64,000 nucleotides of DNA from Paragordius varius (lineage: Eukaryota; Animalia; Nematomorpha): positions 1,860,001-1,924,000 of the forward strand of contig OZ176053.1 of assembly GCA_964247055.1 (NCBI GenBank). The letters are read 5' to 3'. Below, one piece after another: positions 51,969 through 64,000 of the stretch. Below the pieces are notes generated by a model that saw only the letters and a list, made by a program, of their open reading frames with translations, did no database searches and was not told where the DNA came from. Positions within the stretch are counted from its first letter, which is position 1, and each line of letters opens with the position of its first letter. The translations under genes were made by a program, and so were the position numbers.

Positions 51969-54900
51969 ATTGTATATATCAATCGAAATATTTATAATGG
52001 CATATATTGAGACATTTAAATTACAATAAGCAGTAAAAATTTAAGTATACAGCAAAAGGTGACAACAATAAGCCAAATTTTTTTTTCGATGAAAAAACAA
52101 CCATTTTTTTATACCTTGATTTTTTATGCGTTACGAAAGGGGAATTCGAATTATAAATAAATATTACACTTAATTATAGTTAAAAATATAATTAAGTAGT
52201 TTATGTGGAATAAAAGATGATGTAATTAATAAAAGTAAGGCTGTTTCTTTTCTGAAATATATATTTGTCTTTTTGTTTTTACATTTTGATTGTAACCAAA
52301 AATAGGATATTATAATTAACCAAATTAGTAATTTAGTGTATATTTATACACTAGACAACAATTTTTTTTAATGCCATTCTTGTAAACCCAAAATTTATTT
52401 CAAAGTACATAAATAAAATTACCGAAAAAAAATTGGTCTGACACCTAAGAATATTATTAGGGTTCATCGATAATTTTTGGCTCCGATTTAACATTAAACT
52501 CGAAATTTTTAAAATTAACAGTTTTAGATATACAGCCATGTATTTTATATAATTCGAAAGAGCGCGAAAAACTGTATCTATCGAATTGTAGTTAGTCATT
52601 TAAATCAATCTGGTTTAAAGGTTATTGGGTTTTGATAATTTCCAATTCTTAAATAAGTCAAAAAATTTTAAAGACTAACTAATTTAAAAATCCTTAAATT
52701 ATTTTAATATAATTATTAGGGTTATACTATAAAATTTGAAAAAAGTCTTTGAAAACCTTTGGTTTGCCTTTTAACTAAAAATTATTAGCATCAAAATTAT
52801 TTTACCTAGGGTTACTAAATATCGTTATAACTATATTACATAATTGTTGAAGAAATAAAACACCTTAAACTTTGTTTTAGTCGTAATTTCGAACTTATAA
52901 TCCTCATAAAAAAATAAATTAATATTGATGAGATGGTAATTTTTTAAAAACAAAAAACTTGAAAATGGCTGTTTTGAATGACCTAAAAGGATTAAATAAG
53001 TGTTTGTTTTATCTTTTTTGGACATTCATTGCCATCTAGACAAATGAGCTATTTTCATAAATTAGTTTTAAAAATATAATAATAAAAAAAATCTCGCTTC
53101 GAGGGTTTGTCGCTTCCTAACTCCAATATTAACTGTTGATGGAAAACATATTAGTAAGCATCTTATAAAGTTTTTATTACTTTTTCGAATGATATATTAT
53201 GTTACGAATGGGCCTTTGTTGTATATCTTCAAAGAAAAACATTTTTTAGTAAAATTTTGATAAAGAGAGCGCATAATCGAAAAAAAATCAAATTGTACAA
53301 AATTTTAGGTGGATTTATAATTGTTTCTGATTAACTGTTAATATGATAGTTAATATGAGAAAAGGCAAAAAACTCGAGTGGCCGAAAAATTTGTTGTCCA
53401 GTGTTGTGAATAGTTTAGGTAACTTTGTTGAAAATAAATTTTTTTTCGAAAACTATGTGATAATATATCATTCTATAATGTATTTAAATATAGATACGTG
53501 GTGCAGCTATAACCCAGGTTCGCAGTCCAGTCGGTCCTACACACATTGTCGAATCGGCTTCACTGACACACATTGTGCACGCTGCGCTATCTAGAGGTTT
53601 TTGAAATAAATACCATTTATAGTTCAAATTCACCTTTGTGAACAATTCAAATTCACCCTTAAAATTAAATTAGGTGTTTTCGAACTAATATAACCAAACC
53701 CATTATTAATATTAAATTATCTTTATGGCATAGTTTATTATTTTTTCAGTATTATTTTCATTTAAAAGAATATTTTTATTTTTTAAAAATATATGAAAAT
53801 ATAGGTAATTTTTGACTTTATACAGCATTTTTATTTGAGGGTGAAATCTGAATTGTTCAAGGGTGAATTTGAATTGTAAATGGCATATATTGATAATAAT
53901 AGGTATATGATAATATTTAATATTCATTAATCTTTTGAAAACAATCATAAACTACAATATGGATAACCAAAGAGTTAATCACCCTGCCTAGGTCACATAT
54001 ATGTATATTTCAATTTTTTGTAGATAGTATATTTGTTCATCATTATGTTAAATTATTTTTGTAAAGCCAAAACTTTTATCTATATTCTAAGAATGATGTT
54101 TTAACTCTGAAGAAATATATACCCTAGTTAATTTTAATATATTGATCCTTTAAATTTTTTGTAATATTGTCATATTTAATGTTTTACTTAAAAAAATGGT
54201 CAATTTTATTACAATGTAAAATTACCAAATTGTTGGGAATTGGGAAACGTATATAATTATTTGGTAACAACAGTGATTTTTTAATTAAATGGACTTATTA
54301 TTGAGCTACAATTGCCCCTAAATATAAACTCGTTCAATGGATTTAACAATATTAACATATACTTTCTTTTCATTTGTATTAGTAGTTTACTGATTTTACA
54401 TTCACATGACCGCTATTAATTAATAATATTATATTTTTTTAGATTTTTATGTACATTAATCTTAGGTTAATTACTATATTCAACACTTGGATACAACGCA
54501 TTTATTTCAGTCCTTCGATTCAAATTGGGGTAGTTATATACCCCTTGTTTAGATTAAATATTTTAAAAATATGGAATAAATTGACACCATTGCTAAAGTT
54601 TGCACTTATATACCATTACTGAACCGAAATATAATAAAAGATTTATTCAAAAATACTTCACATTACTTATTCAGAGTCGAGACCAAAAGGTAAAAAATTT
54701 AGCCAACATGACATGTGTGCATTAGCTAAATGTAAAAATAATGCATATACAACTTTTCAGCTTATATCAATGTTAAATGTGTTTTAATAAAAAAAGAGAA
54801 TCAAATAAACACCATATAATATAAAGATGTTGTAAAATAAAAATGGCGTCCAAATAGTTTGAGATGGAACTTTTTCTCCAAAACTAAACTTTATTTAGAT

Positions 54901-55384
54901 ATTAGTTAATTTATATATTTTATATTAGAATAGAAACAAAAATTTAAATTGGAACCGTTCAGTAGTTTTTTGAAAATATTAATTTAAATATTGTCTGGGG
55001 TATTTAGATACCCCAATCGAATCGAAGTGTTAAAAAACAAAACATCCTTTTACAAGAAATTATTAAATATGTGGTCTGTCTCCGTAAGTTTTATATTTTA
55101 AATACCTCTAAAATGGGCTAGTTTCTTAAAATAAACGCAAAAATGCTGAGACATAGTGATAAAAACTTTCAATAAACGCCAGATCAGGGGTGTTCAACAT
55201 GGGCCCGCGGGCTCCATGCGATCCGAGCCATTCTGTGCGGCTCGGAAAACATCGAGAATAATTAGAAAAAATATGGTCTCACAAGATCTGAGTAAAATTG
55301 GTATTTTACAAACATATTTTCTGTGCAATTGACAAACTTGAAAAATTTATATTGTGTTTGCATTTTAAAGTCTTATGCTGAATG

Positions 55385-55422
<38 letters not shown>

Positions 55423-56426
55423 AAATGTGGCCCACCATTTTTTGATTCGAAAATACTGCCAGCCAAGCCATTTATGTTGGACATCCCTTTTGTTAAAGCA
55501 TCAAAAAAATATTTTCTTAAAAAAGGAATGGTAGGTAAAAATTAATTTTCAATATCGTGTTAGGTACTTTATGCTATTTTTAAGCATGATGCATACGGTA
55601 CAAAAAGGTTAAGATACTATAACTATATTGTAAAAAACACTTTTTCTATATAATTTGAGGATGGTTGAAGATTTGTTTGCTTTTAAATTTTGGTTTTTTG
55701 GTAAAAAAAACTCAATTACTAATAATTATAATATTTTAATCAAAACTTTGAAGTGATAGAAATTTTCAGCAAAAATAAACCATTCTTCGTTCATGCTACA
55801 AAATAGTAACTTTTTAAAATGATTTTTCTCAATTCCAATATATTCATTTATTCAAATCTAACAACGCAAATGGCTTAGCGGGCCGCGTTTTTGCATCAAA
55901 AAATCCGGTGAGCCGAATTTGAGCAAAATATATTTGGCCATTACAAAATATTTATTAAATTTTAAACATTTGTATAAATTAGTATTGATTTTAACACTTT
56001 TTGCTAGTTCATTGTCCAATTTGGAAAGATTTATGCAGAATTTTGAAAATTATTTTGCTGGATTTCGTAAAAATTTGTAAAAATTTGGAGGCCGCGTTGA
56101 CTACCCCTGCACTAAAGACTTAAAGATATTTGATTCGGAAATAAGAAAGATTGTTCAAAACTACAGTTAAAAATTTAAACCAGTGTTGGTTTTAAGGAAT
56201 AATTTAACCAATCATAAATCCAAACAAAACCGAACCTGATTTCAATTTAAAGAACATTTAACATTGTGTATAATTAACTACAGTTGTAAAAATCATACAT
56301 TTACAAAAATACCATATAATATTAATAAACAATTATATTGAAATGAAATGTACCTGTTGGCTTAAAAGCAAAGAACAAAACGGCTAAGGCTATGCACACA
56401 TTTAAAACAATAAGAGACGACTTCAT
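48607..56426 (-). CDS. Putative orphan secreted Cys-rich protein, 4 exons (56426-56354, 53590-53498, 51929-51834, 48770-48607), ~141 aa; 3' end uncertain
   Basis: Four relatively GC-rich islands in AT-rich DNA, each bounded by AG/GT, join in frame with phase-1 introns: MKSSLIVLNVCIALAVLFFAFKPT-DSAACTMCVSEADSTMCVGPTGLRTWVIAAP-HSNPVLYCITRRPAGSTGVCWGQLTVPLNFTA-TGLNMMTMMPFDFGVAVDGVTITETMVTINGTMYRQYTYATIPDNAMGDICISV*. Confidence 0.72.
49357..51537. mobile_element. TAGGGTTGTG-TIR hAT-type MITE carrying a nested Charlie-like element
   Basis: TIR TAGGGTTGTGC / GCACAACCCTA; TSD ACCCCAAC / ACCTCAAC (7 of 8). Confidence 0.82.
49545..51000 (+). mobile_element. Internally deleted hAT (Charlie/GTF2IRD2-like) element
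   Basis: TIR CAGTGATACTCA / CAGTGGTACTCA; perfect TSD ATATAAAT; relics KRKLSNE..EWEEKFF, KPFTDCQLIKEC, LQLSDSTCARRI, YRNRLTD. Confidence 0.88.
53611..53885. mobile_element. Family-W MITE in intron 1 of the orphan gene
   Basis: TACCATTTATAGTTCAAATTCACC...GGGTGAATTTGAATTGTAAATGGCA. Confidence 0.75.
54484..55029. mobile_element. piggyBac-like TTAA MITE
   Basis: TCAA|CACTTGGATAC...ATCGAAGTG|TTAA. Confidence 0.8.
55185..56109. mobile_element. hAT-like MITE(s) with CAGGGGTGTTCAAC termini and GGGCCGC motifs; possibly two adjacent copies
   Basis: CAGGGGTGTTCAAC at 55185 and GTTGACTACCCCTG at ~56096-56109; no TSD match. Confidence 0.5.
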
Positions 56427-58083
56427 TTTGGGATTTGGAATATTTGAATAATATTTTTATAAATATGAAAGGAATAAAAATTAATATTTTTCGGGTATTT
56501 TTTGTCCTTTATATAAGTGTTTTTCATAACCTTGTAAAATAGAGCGAGGTTAGCATGACACATGATACTTTAAATTTTTGCTAAAATTTTTGTCAATTTT
56601 CGGTTATATAATACCTTTTAACCTCCATCAATCTTAATTGGCGTAATTAATTTTTGTATTTTATAAAAAATAGTCACTTTTAACAAAATGGTAACCTTAA
56701 TAATATCGGGTTTCATAAATTTATATATGAAATATTCATCATGGCTAATGTTTCAATTTGGCACAACCTTCAATTTAAAGTATTACAAAATAATTTAATT
56801 AATTACATTCATGTTTTATAATATTTATCTATTTTTAATTGTAGAATAGTTAGTGAACATTTTAAAATGAATCAACAATCGAAATGTTGCGTTATGCGTA
56901 AACATAAGGAAGCCTTATTTAAAACTTTATACCAGGAACGTCAAACAGGCGACCAAGATTTTTACGACGCTTTACGAATAATTTATAAGTATTAAATAAA
57001 CGATGTACGACCAAAACGGACCCCTCAAAAAATAAATTTGAAATCGGCTAGTTAGCTTAAATAAACGCAAAAATGCCGACGCGATAAGAATTTTAATATA
57101 AGGTGTATTATAAAAAAAATTTTTTAAAAATGAATTTAAAAATCAATTTTTAACAATATTTTGATAAACCTATTTTAGGGCATTTAAGAGTATGGTCAGG
57201 TAGAAAACAGTTTAAGGTATTATTATTATAAAAAATTACCCTTATAATTCAAATTCTAAACATTATTATTTCATAATTATCAAATTAATTTTCTTTTAAA
57301 GATAAGTTTAATATGTTTTTTGCGGTAATTAAGACATTACGTTATTCTTGAATTATTCACAAATGGGAAATTATTAAATTTATAAAAGTAATTTAATAAC
57401 ACTAATCGACAAATTTGGAAATTTTTGAGCACCACCACTCAAACTTTTAAATTATGACGAATTTCAGTGTTTTATAACCGAATGTGAAAAAATTTTTGAT
57501 CCCGCCAATCAGAATTTTGAAACATTATAGGTTTTTCAATTTTTCAAAAACAAGAGAAAATGGAGAGAAAATTAAATATAACTTTATAATAAAAAGTTAT
57601 TATATTATAAAATTAATATCTTTTAATAAAGCGTTTTAAACTCTATCTTTTTAATATGTCATATTAACAGGAAGAAAAAAATAGTCGGTAAACGTCAAAT
57701 AGTCTTTTTTTGAGTTAATTTTAAGCACGTATAAATTTACATTAAAAAAATACCAAAAGAGGCATCCTATGGTTTAAACCAGTGGTACTCACCAAAAAAA
57801 TTTGACGGGCCAAATAAAATATATTTTTTTTTCGAGGGCCATGAACCTTATAATGACAAATATTCCATAGCTATTTGACAAATATGCACATATTTATACT
57901 CTAAATCAGCACGATTTTTTTGCTTATCGCATGATCCAACTAAAATTCATTTTGCACCATTTAGTTTAAAAAATTAAAACATTTGATATTAACCAATAAC
58001 AAGCCAATCTTAATACGTCGTCCATATGATCATCTGTTAGGCGATTTCTGTATGTATTCTTGGCATACTTTATATTTAAATAT

Positions 58084-59216
58084 CACTAGTCAACAAGGTT
58101 TTGCACCACCCCATTATTTTTGCATTTACTGATACCTAATGGCATGGAAAGGCCAAAACAAAAAATAAAATTGAGGCTACCAATAGGATTTTTCCAAAAT
58201 TTAATTTTTTAATTTGTATTTAATTCAAAAATAACAATCATTCCTCGTGATCATATGTTTAAATATTCAAACAAGCAAGTCGATACAAGTAATATTCCAT
58301 GCATGGATAACAAATTCTAGGCATTAAATAAGATACTAAACAAGTTAAGAGCCAAAGTATCTAAAAGGGGCTTATGTATAGTGTGATAGATATGGGCGGC
58401 TGCACAAGCTCTGCATATCCCCCAAGCAATCCTATAATTATGCCAGATATGGCAAAGATAACAATAAGTAATCGTAAAGTCCGATAAGAGAGACTTGCAA
58501 GCAAAATCCAGTCAAATTGACATGTCAAATTAACCAATTTACAGAATAAAGTTAGATAAATTCTACAATTAAATTGAATATAAATTAGGTAAATACAAAT
58601 GGTCCAACCCCATAACAGTAAATTCTATTAAAAGTGGCTACACAACATCCATCTGAAATTCAAAATACAAAACAACCAATAATCTTAAAAAAATAAGTTA
58701 TATCTACTAGGTATAAATAAAGGATTTTTTATAAGAACCAACTCAAGAGAAAAAGTCTAATAAGTACTTGAAAGAACGAAATCTAACAAAAAAATATAGC
58801 CTATCTGAAAGCCGAAGGTTTAAACCATAGAATACCTTTTTTAGTATTTTTTTTAAAAAAATTTTTATGTGTTAAAAATTCACTTGAAAAAAAAGACTAA
58901 ATTTTGACGTTTAAGTCCCTACTATTTTTTTCTTTCTGATATTTTAATGACATATTTATATTCAAAAGATAGAGTTTAAAACGCTTTATTAAATGATATT
59001 AAGTTTATAATATAATAACATTTTATTATAAAATTATATTTAATTTTCTCTCGATTTTCTCTTGTTTTTGAAAAATTAAAAAACCTGTAAAATTTCAAAA
59101 TTCTGATTGGCGGGATCCAATTTTTTTTAAAATTCGGTTTTAAAACACTGAAATTAGTCATAATTTAAAAAGTTTGAGTGGTGGTGCTTAAAAATATCCA
59201 AATTTGTCGACTAGTG
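58084..59216 (-). mobile_element. CACTA/CMC-type non-autonomous element (1133 bp) with a 3-bp TSD
   Basis: TAT|CACTAGTCAACAA...TTGTCGACTAGTG|TAT; excision restores the host hAT reading frame. Confidence 0.88.
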
Positions 59217-60987
59217 TATGCCGTCTCGCACGTGTAAGTTGAGGGAATAACGGTTAGGATAACTGAACACATTTTTTTATATTTTCATATTTATTTGGCA
59301 CATCTTACCAAAACTCTACATATCTTTCTACTCTATGATTCTCCTTGAATATAGCCTCCAAATTGAAATCATTCTAGATATTCTTTAATCATATGCGCCT
59401 GATCAAAACCGAAATGCTCAAATTGCTTAATATAGGATCCATATGCCATGGATTTTAAATGAGTTTTAAGCAATTTTTAATATTTTTAAATTCAAATCTA
59501 AATCTGGTTATATAAATGTTAAATGATTGTCTATTAATAAATTAATGTCCGCGGTAAATTCTATATTTTCTTCATGAATCGTTTTAAGTGTTGGAAAATA
59601 TGGGAGTGTTTTATTTATAAAATTTGGATTATATATTAATAATTTTTTTTAAAAAGCAATATTTGATTAGAAAATTGGGTTATTATTTTGCTCCCTTGAT
59701 GACTTGTATTAAAAATACTAAGTTTGTGAGTAATGTCGCAAAGGTTAATAAAATCCACCATTTGTCACTATTAATTTCCTCGTCAATTCTGTTATCTTTA
59801 TAATAGAATTGCATAACTTAAATCAAAAATCTATTTAATACTTTAGGCGTAGCCACCTCACACCGGTGTACAAAAAATATCATAAAACTCACTGTGGACA
59901 TCTTTCAGAAGGTTTTTGAATATACGGGATTTAAATTATCTGCCACGAATGTGGTTAATCATATTCACAACCGTTTTAATTACTGAATTGAGTGATTCAT
60001 CTTTTACTCGCGAAACCAAGTTTTGCTGATGAATAAGGCAGCGAAAGGATAAAATATTTTTTATATTTGTTTTTAAAAGAGGAATAAATCCTTTGTTTAT
60101 TCAAATCATAGAGGGACAGCCATCTGTGCAGATCACCAATTTTATAATCCATTATTGTCGAAAAAAGTGCTAATTATTTCGAGAAAACTTACTTTCGTGG
60201 TATTATTCATTGGTAAAAATTCCTCGTTGATTATGTTGTCGTTGCAAAATCTCACGAAGAGCTCATATTGAGGTGTTGAACTAATATCAGTCCTAGAATC
60301 AATAGCATTAAAATTGCAGTTTCTCAGAGTTAATAATGTATTGTTAAAAATATATTTAGACAGATCTTGAATGCGCCGAGCACATGTTTCAATTAGAAAG
60401 TTGAATTTTTTTTAATTTGCCTCATGATATGATTTTTATTATGGAATTTATCAACAAAAAAATTGGAACCATTTATAAGACATTCTTTTATTAGTTGGGA
60501 ATCAGTAAACGTCATGTTTTCCTAAAATATAGCAAATTTCATACGAAGCTAATGTTAAAGCTTTTTCCTGGGAACTATGGGCATAATAAATTTCTATAAT
60601 TCCATAACCTTTTTATATTTTTCGTTTCTTTCCTCATGATTTTCACGTAATTTATGAAAATGGATTGTAAAATGCATTTCAATATTTTTTTATAATTATG
60701 TTGTCCTTACATATATGGCAGGTAACAACATTTTTATTTTGAACGACAAAGAATTTTTCTCCCCATTCTTTTACGGCGATTTTCATCGCATAATTTACGC
60801 TTTTTAATTAGATGTCATCCTTTAAATTTATGTTCAAATATTATGTATATTTTTTGAAATAATATAAAACACAGGTCGAAATTTAATGATGTTATTTTGA
60901 AAAATATTTTATGGGAATAAGTTAAAATGATGCAGGATAGCAATGAAAAGAATAAGTGTATGGAGTTTGAGTGAAATGCTTGCTTAA

Positions 60988-61557
60988 CACTTGGATACAA
61001 CACACTCATTTTAGTCCTTCGATTCAAATTGGGAGTTGGATACCCCAGGTTTGTTTAACATTAAATTCTTTAAAAAATATAGAAGGAATCGAAACCATGG
61101 CTAAATTTTGCACTTATCTAACATTAATAAACTGAAATATATAATTTTATTCAAAAATACTTGATATTACTTATTTTGAGCTTAAACTGAAAGGTAAAAA
61201 TTTAGTCAACGTGACATGTGTCAAATTGTCAAATTAAAAAATAATACAAAATAAACCGCTTTTTCTATTTCTATCAATGATAGATGTAATTTATATAAAA
61301 AATAAGCTTTAGTTTTACCCTTAAAATCAAATGAAGACGATTATTTGCAAAATTTTTGTAAAATAAAAATGGCGTCGAAGTAGTTTGGGATGGAACTTTT
61401 TTTCAAAACAAAATTTTATCAGGATATTTTGGCATATTTATATAATATTTATCAGGATAGAAGCATGAAATTGGGACCGTTTCCTTCAGTAGTTTTGTAA
61501 AAATTTTAATTTAAATTTAGTCTGGGGTATTTAGATACCCCAGTTTGAACCGAAGTG
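60988..61557. mobile_element. piggyBac-like MITE (570 bp) with TTAA TSD
   Basis: TTAA|CACTTGGATAC...GAACCGAAGTG|TTAA. Confidence 0.88.
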
Positions 61558-64000
61558 TTAAATACAGATGCAATAAAAATGTCAAAATAGAAAAGAAAAT
61601 AGAATACAGAAACAGAAACATGTGCTAAAATTTTGAAATCATTCTAATGTAAGGAAATTTTTTTACATTCAAATTGGGTAAAAAATAAAAACTACGAAAA
61701 TTCGTTTATGTGATTTTAAAAATTCATAAATAAAAAAATAATATAAGTATCAATATGGTCATAGGGCAATTTTAGAGCACTCTAAGGGCCGCATGCGGCC
61801 CGCGGGCCGCGGTTTGAGTATCACTGGTTTAAACCTTCGGATTTCAGATAGGCTATATTTATTTTGTTGTTTTTTGTTATTTCCAGTACTTATTATGGGT
61901 TTTCTCTTCGGTTGATTCTTACAAAAATTCCTCTTACTTATACTAGTGAATATTATATATTTTTAATATGATTGACTGCTTTATTATTCGAATGTCAGAT
62001 GGATGCTGGGCAGCCACTTTTATTACCAGGATTATAGATAATATATCATAATTTTATGCAATGCAATAATATTTGAACTTATCTAATTTTCTAAAATATT
62101 TGGACAATTTACTCCAAAGCGATAGCTTATAATTAATTAAAATTAATTAGACTTAGGGATTTTATGTCCAAAAGTCGGGATTAATAGCCAAAATAGTACA
62201 TGCATAAAATCGCAGTGTTTATATTTATCAAAATTGTCATATTTATACGATAATTTTTTATAAGGCTAATTTTATTGGGTACCTATAATATATATTCATA
62301 TATATATATTATATATGATCTTTAAAATAAAAATTAAGATATTCAATCGTAATTGCCCCATATCGGATCGCAAAATTTGCCCACAGTATTCTTATTTTCT
62401 TGGCTAAATAGTGCTATATTCCAAAAAACATCATTATTTACTATATTATAATAAAAAAACAAAACAATATTTTAATAAAATTTTAACTTTTAGATGTGGG
62501 CTTCCAAACTCTCATTTATTTGGTTCCCTCCAAAATGGGCCAGATTTTAATTAAACACACAAAAGCCGAAATTTTACGATAATAAATACGTGGTAAACTA
62601 AAATAATATTTTAATGCATTTTTGTTAAATAATTTTAACAAAATCTTTTACCTTATAATATATGGAAAATTTTGAAAACGATATAAAAGCAGTAATCATA
62701 AACATAATTTTTCTATATAATTTGATGATGTATAACATTTCTATCACCACAGAATCTACAGTTGTCCGTCTAATTTAAAAATATTTTTTGTGAAAATGTG
62801 CGATAAATGTTGATTTTAGGTCCAGATATTAAATTTATAAATCTTATATTATCCTGAAGCTTTTAGCCATCAAATGATACATTTATTATAACCTTATATT
62901 TTTTAATGTGCATCGTGTATAGTGCGAATATTTTATACACCATATCATAAGTACTAACAATCACCAAAATTACTATAAATTTTCAATCATTATTTATTAA
63001 AAAAATTATATTTATGGCTTGTACTACAGACCAATGATACGAAGGTCTATCATTTTAAACAGTATATATATATATATATATGTGTGTAAGCGTACAGCGC
63101 CCACAAAAGATAACCTGTTAAAATATATACATTTAGATAGGAAAATGTATCAGGATTACACTTTTGATCTGGCCGTTACGAGTAATATAAGAAAGATATA
63201 CAGTTTTGTGCTAAGTGCCCCATATCAGAAAATTCCAAATTTGCGCACATTTTTTAAATGTTTTGGGTGAAAGCTAAATGCTTTATTACAAAAGATATCA
63301 CGAAAATATATTATCTACCTATGATCAGCAAAACATTATTTTAATTTTATTTAAAGGTAGGGGAAAGTCCCAATTTTTTCACTCTTCTAAAATGGGCTGG
63401 TTTTTTCAAAATAAACCCAAAAATGCCGAGAGTGCGTGCCTGACAAAATTTTAAATATTTTAGATTTTAATATTAACTAAAAATATTTATAATGCATATA
63501 TTTTTCATAAATTTTATCTTTAGCAATTTGTTGAAGCGTACGCATACTATTTTGAGGCTTGATGGAAACGGTGTAAAAACGCTTTAAGATATTAAAAAAC
63601 ACTATTTCTTAATAATTCAATGATGCTGAACATTTTTATTACCTCGTTTTCAAATTTATATTTATAAATTGTCTTTTTTATAAAAATCCGCCAAAATTTG
63701 AAAGTCGAACTTGAGGCGATATGAATGTTCAGCTTAAGAGAACAGCCCATTTAAAAGAGCGAAAAATTTTCGGCTCATGGAGCCGGAATTTTTTAAAATA
63801 TTATTTTGCTTTTTACAGGTAATTGATATATTTAATGATATTTTTGGGGTTGAATCATTTAGCTTTCACCAAAAAAATGACAAATTGTACCATTTTCTGC
63901 TATTTAGAAAATACCACAAAAGTTTAAATAATTTATCTTATATCAATCGTAAGGGCCGACACGCATTATAATAATCCTGATATATTTTCCTATAAGATAT

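Larger units (their letters stand above)
57780..61826 (-). mobile_element. hAT (Charlie/GTF2IRD2-like) element, same family as 49545-51000, with decayed transposase and nested insertions
   Basis: TIR CAGTGGTACTCA / TGAGTATCACTG; perfect TSD GTTTAAAC; IPSTYTCETAY..KNTYRNRLTD rejoined across 58084-59216. Confidence 0.9.
57400..62050 (+). mobile_element. Outer, truncated copy of a CACTA-terminated element, interrupted by a hAT
   Basis: CACTAATCGACAA at 57400; 57400-57779 plus 61827-62050 are colinear with the reverse complement of 59216-58620. Confidence 0.75.

Noticed and set aside
58200-58660. Hydrophobic frame (..RTLRLLIVIFAISGIIIGLLGG..) as a GPCR/chemoreceptor exon
   Set aside because: It lies inside a TIR/TSD-bounded element, and the frame conserved with the 21.8-kb copy is a different, Cys/His-rich one.

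Overview
Very AT-rich eukaryotic DNA, most likely an invertebrate animal (GH18 chitinase, RTE LINEs, mariner, an 18S fragment); no prokaryotic features or CRISPR. I assembled spliced gene models by hand from GT-AG junctions and frame continuity. They are: a secreted GH18 chitinase (-), an intronless TRAPPC3/BET3 (+), TIM17 (-) head-to-head with a PhLP2/PDCL3-type phosducin-like gene (+; 85 bp between start codons), a 10-exon DNAJA2-like chaperone (+) with a much-expanded C-terminus, and an apparently orphan 4-exon secreted Cys-rich protein (-, 48.6-56.4 kb) absent from the ORF track. Many introns are only 23-34 nt; several of the long introns contain recognisable transposons. The rest is nested, decayed mobile DNA: RTE LINEs, mariner, hAT (Tip100-like, Charlie-like), CACTA/CMC-type elements (one with an intron-containing transposase), piggyBac-like TTAA MITEs, and three related TA-flanked foldback/MITE families sharing a TACCATTT terminus and 21-bp subterminal repeats. 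Also present: a decayed 18S rRNA fragment, a frameshifted copy of the last DnaJ exon, and a dimeric minisatellite. All family assignments come from recalled motifs, not database searches.
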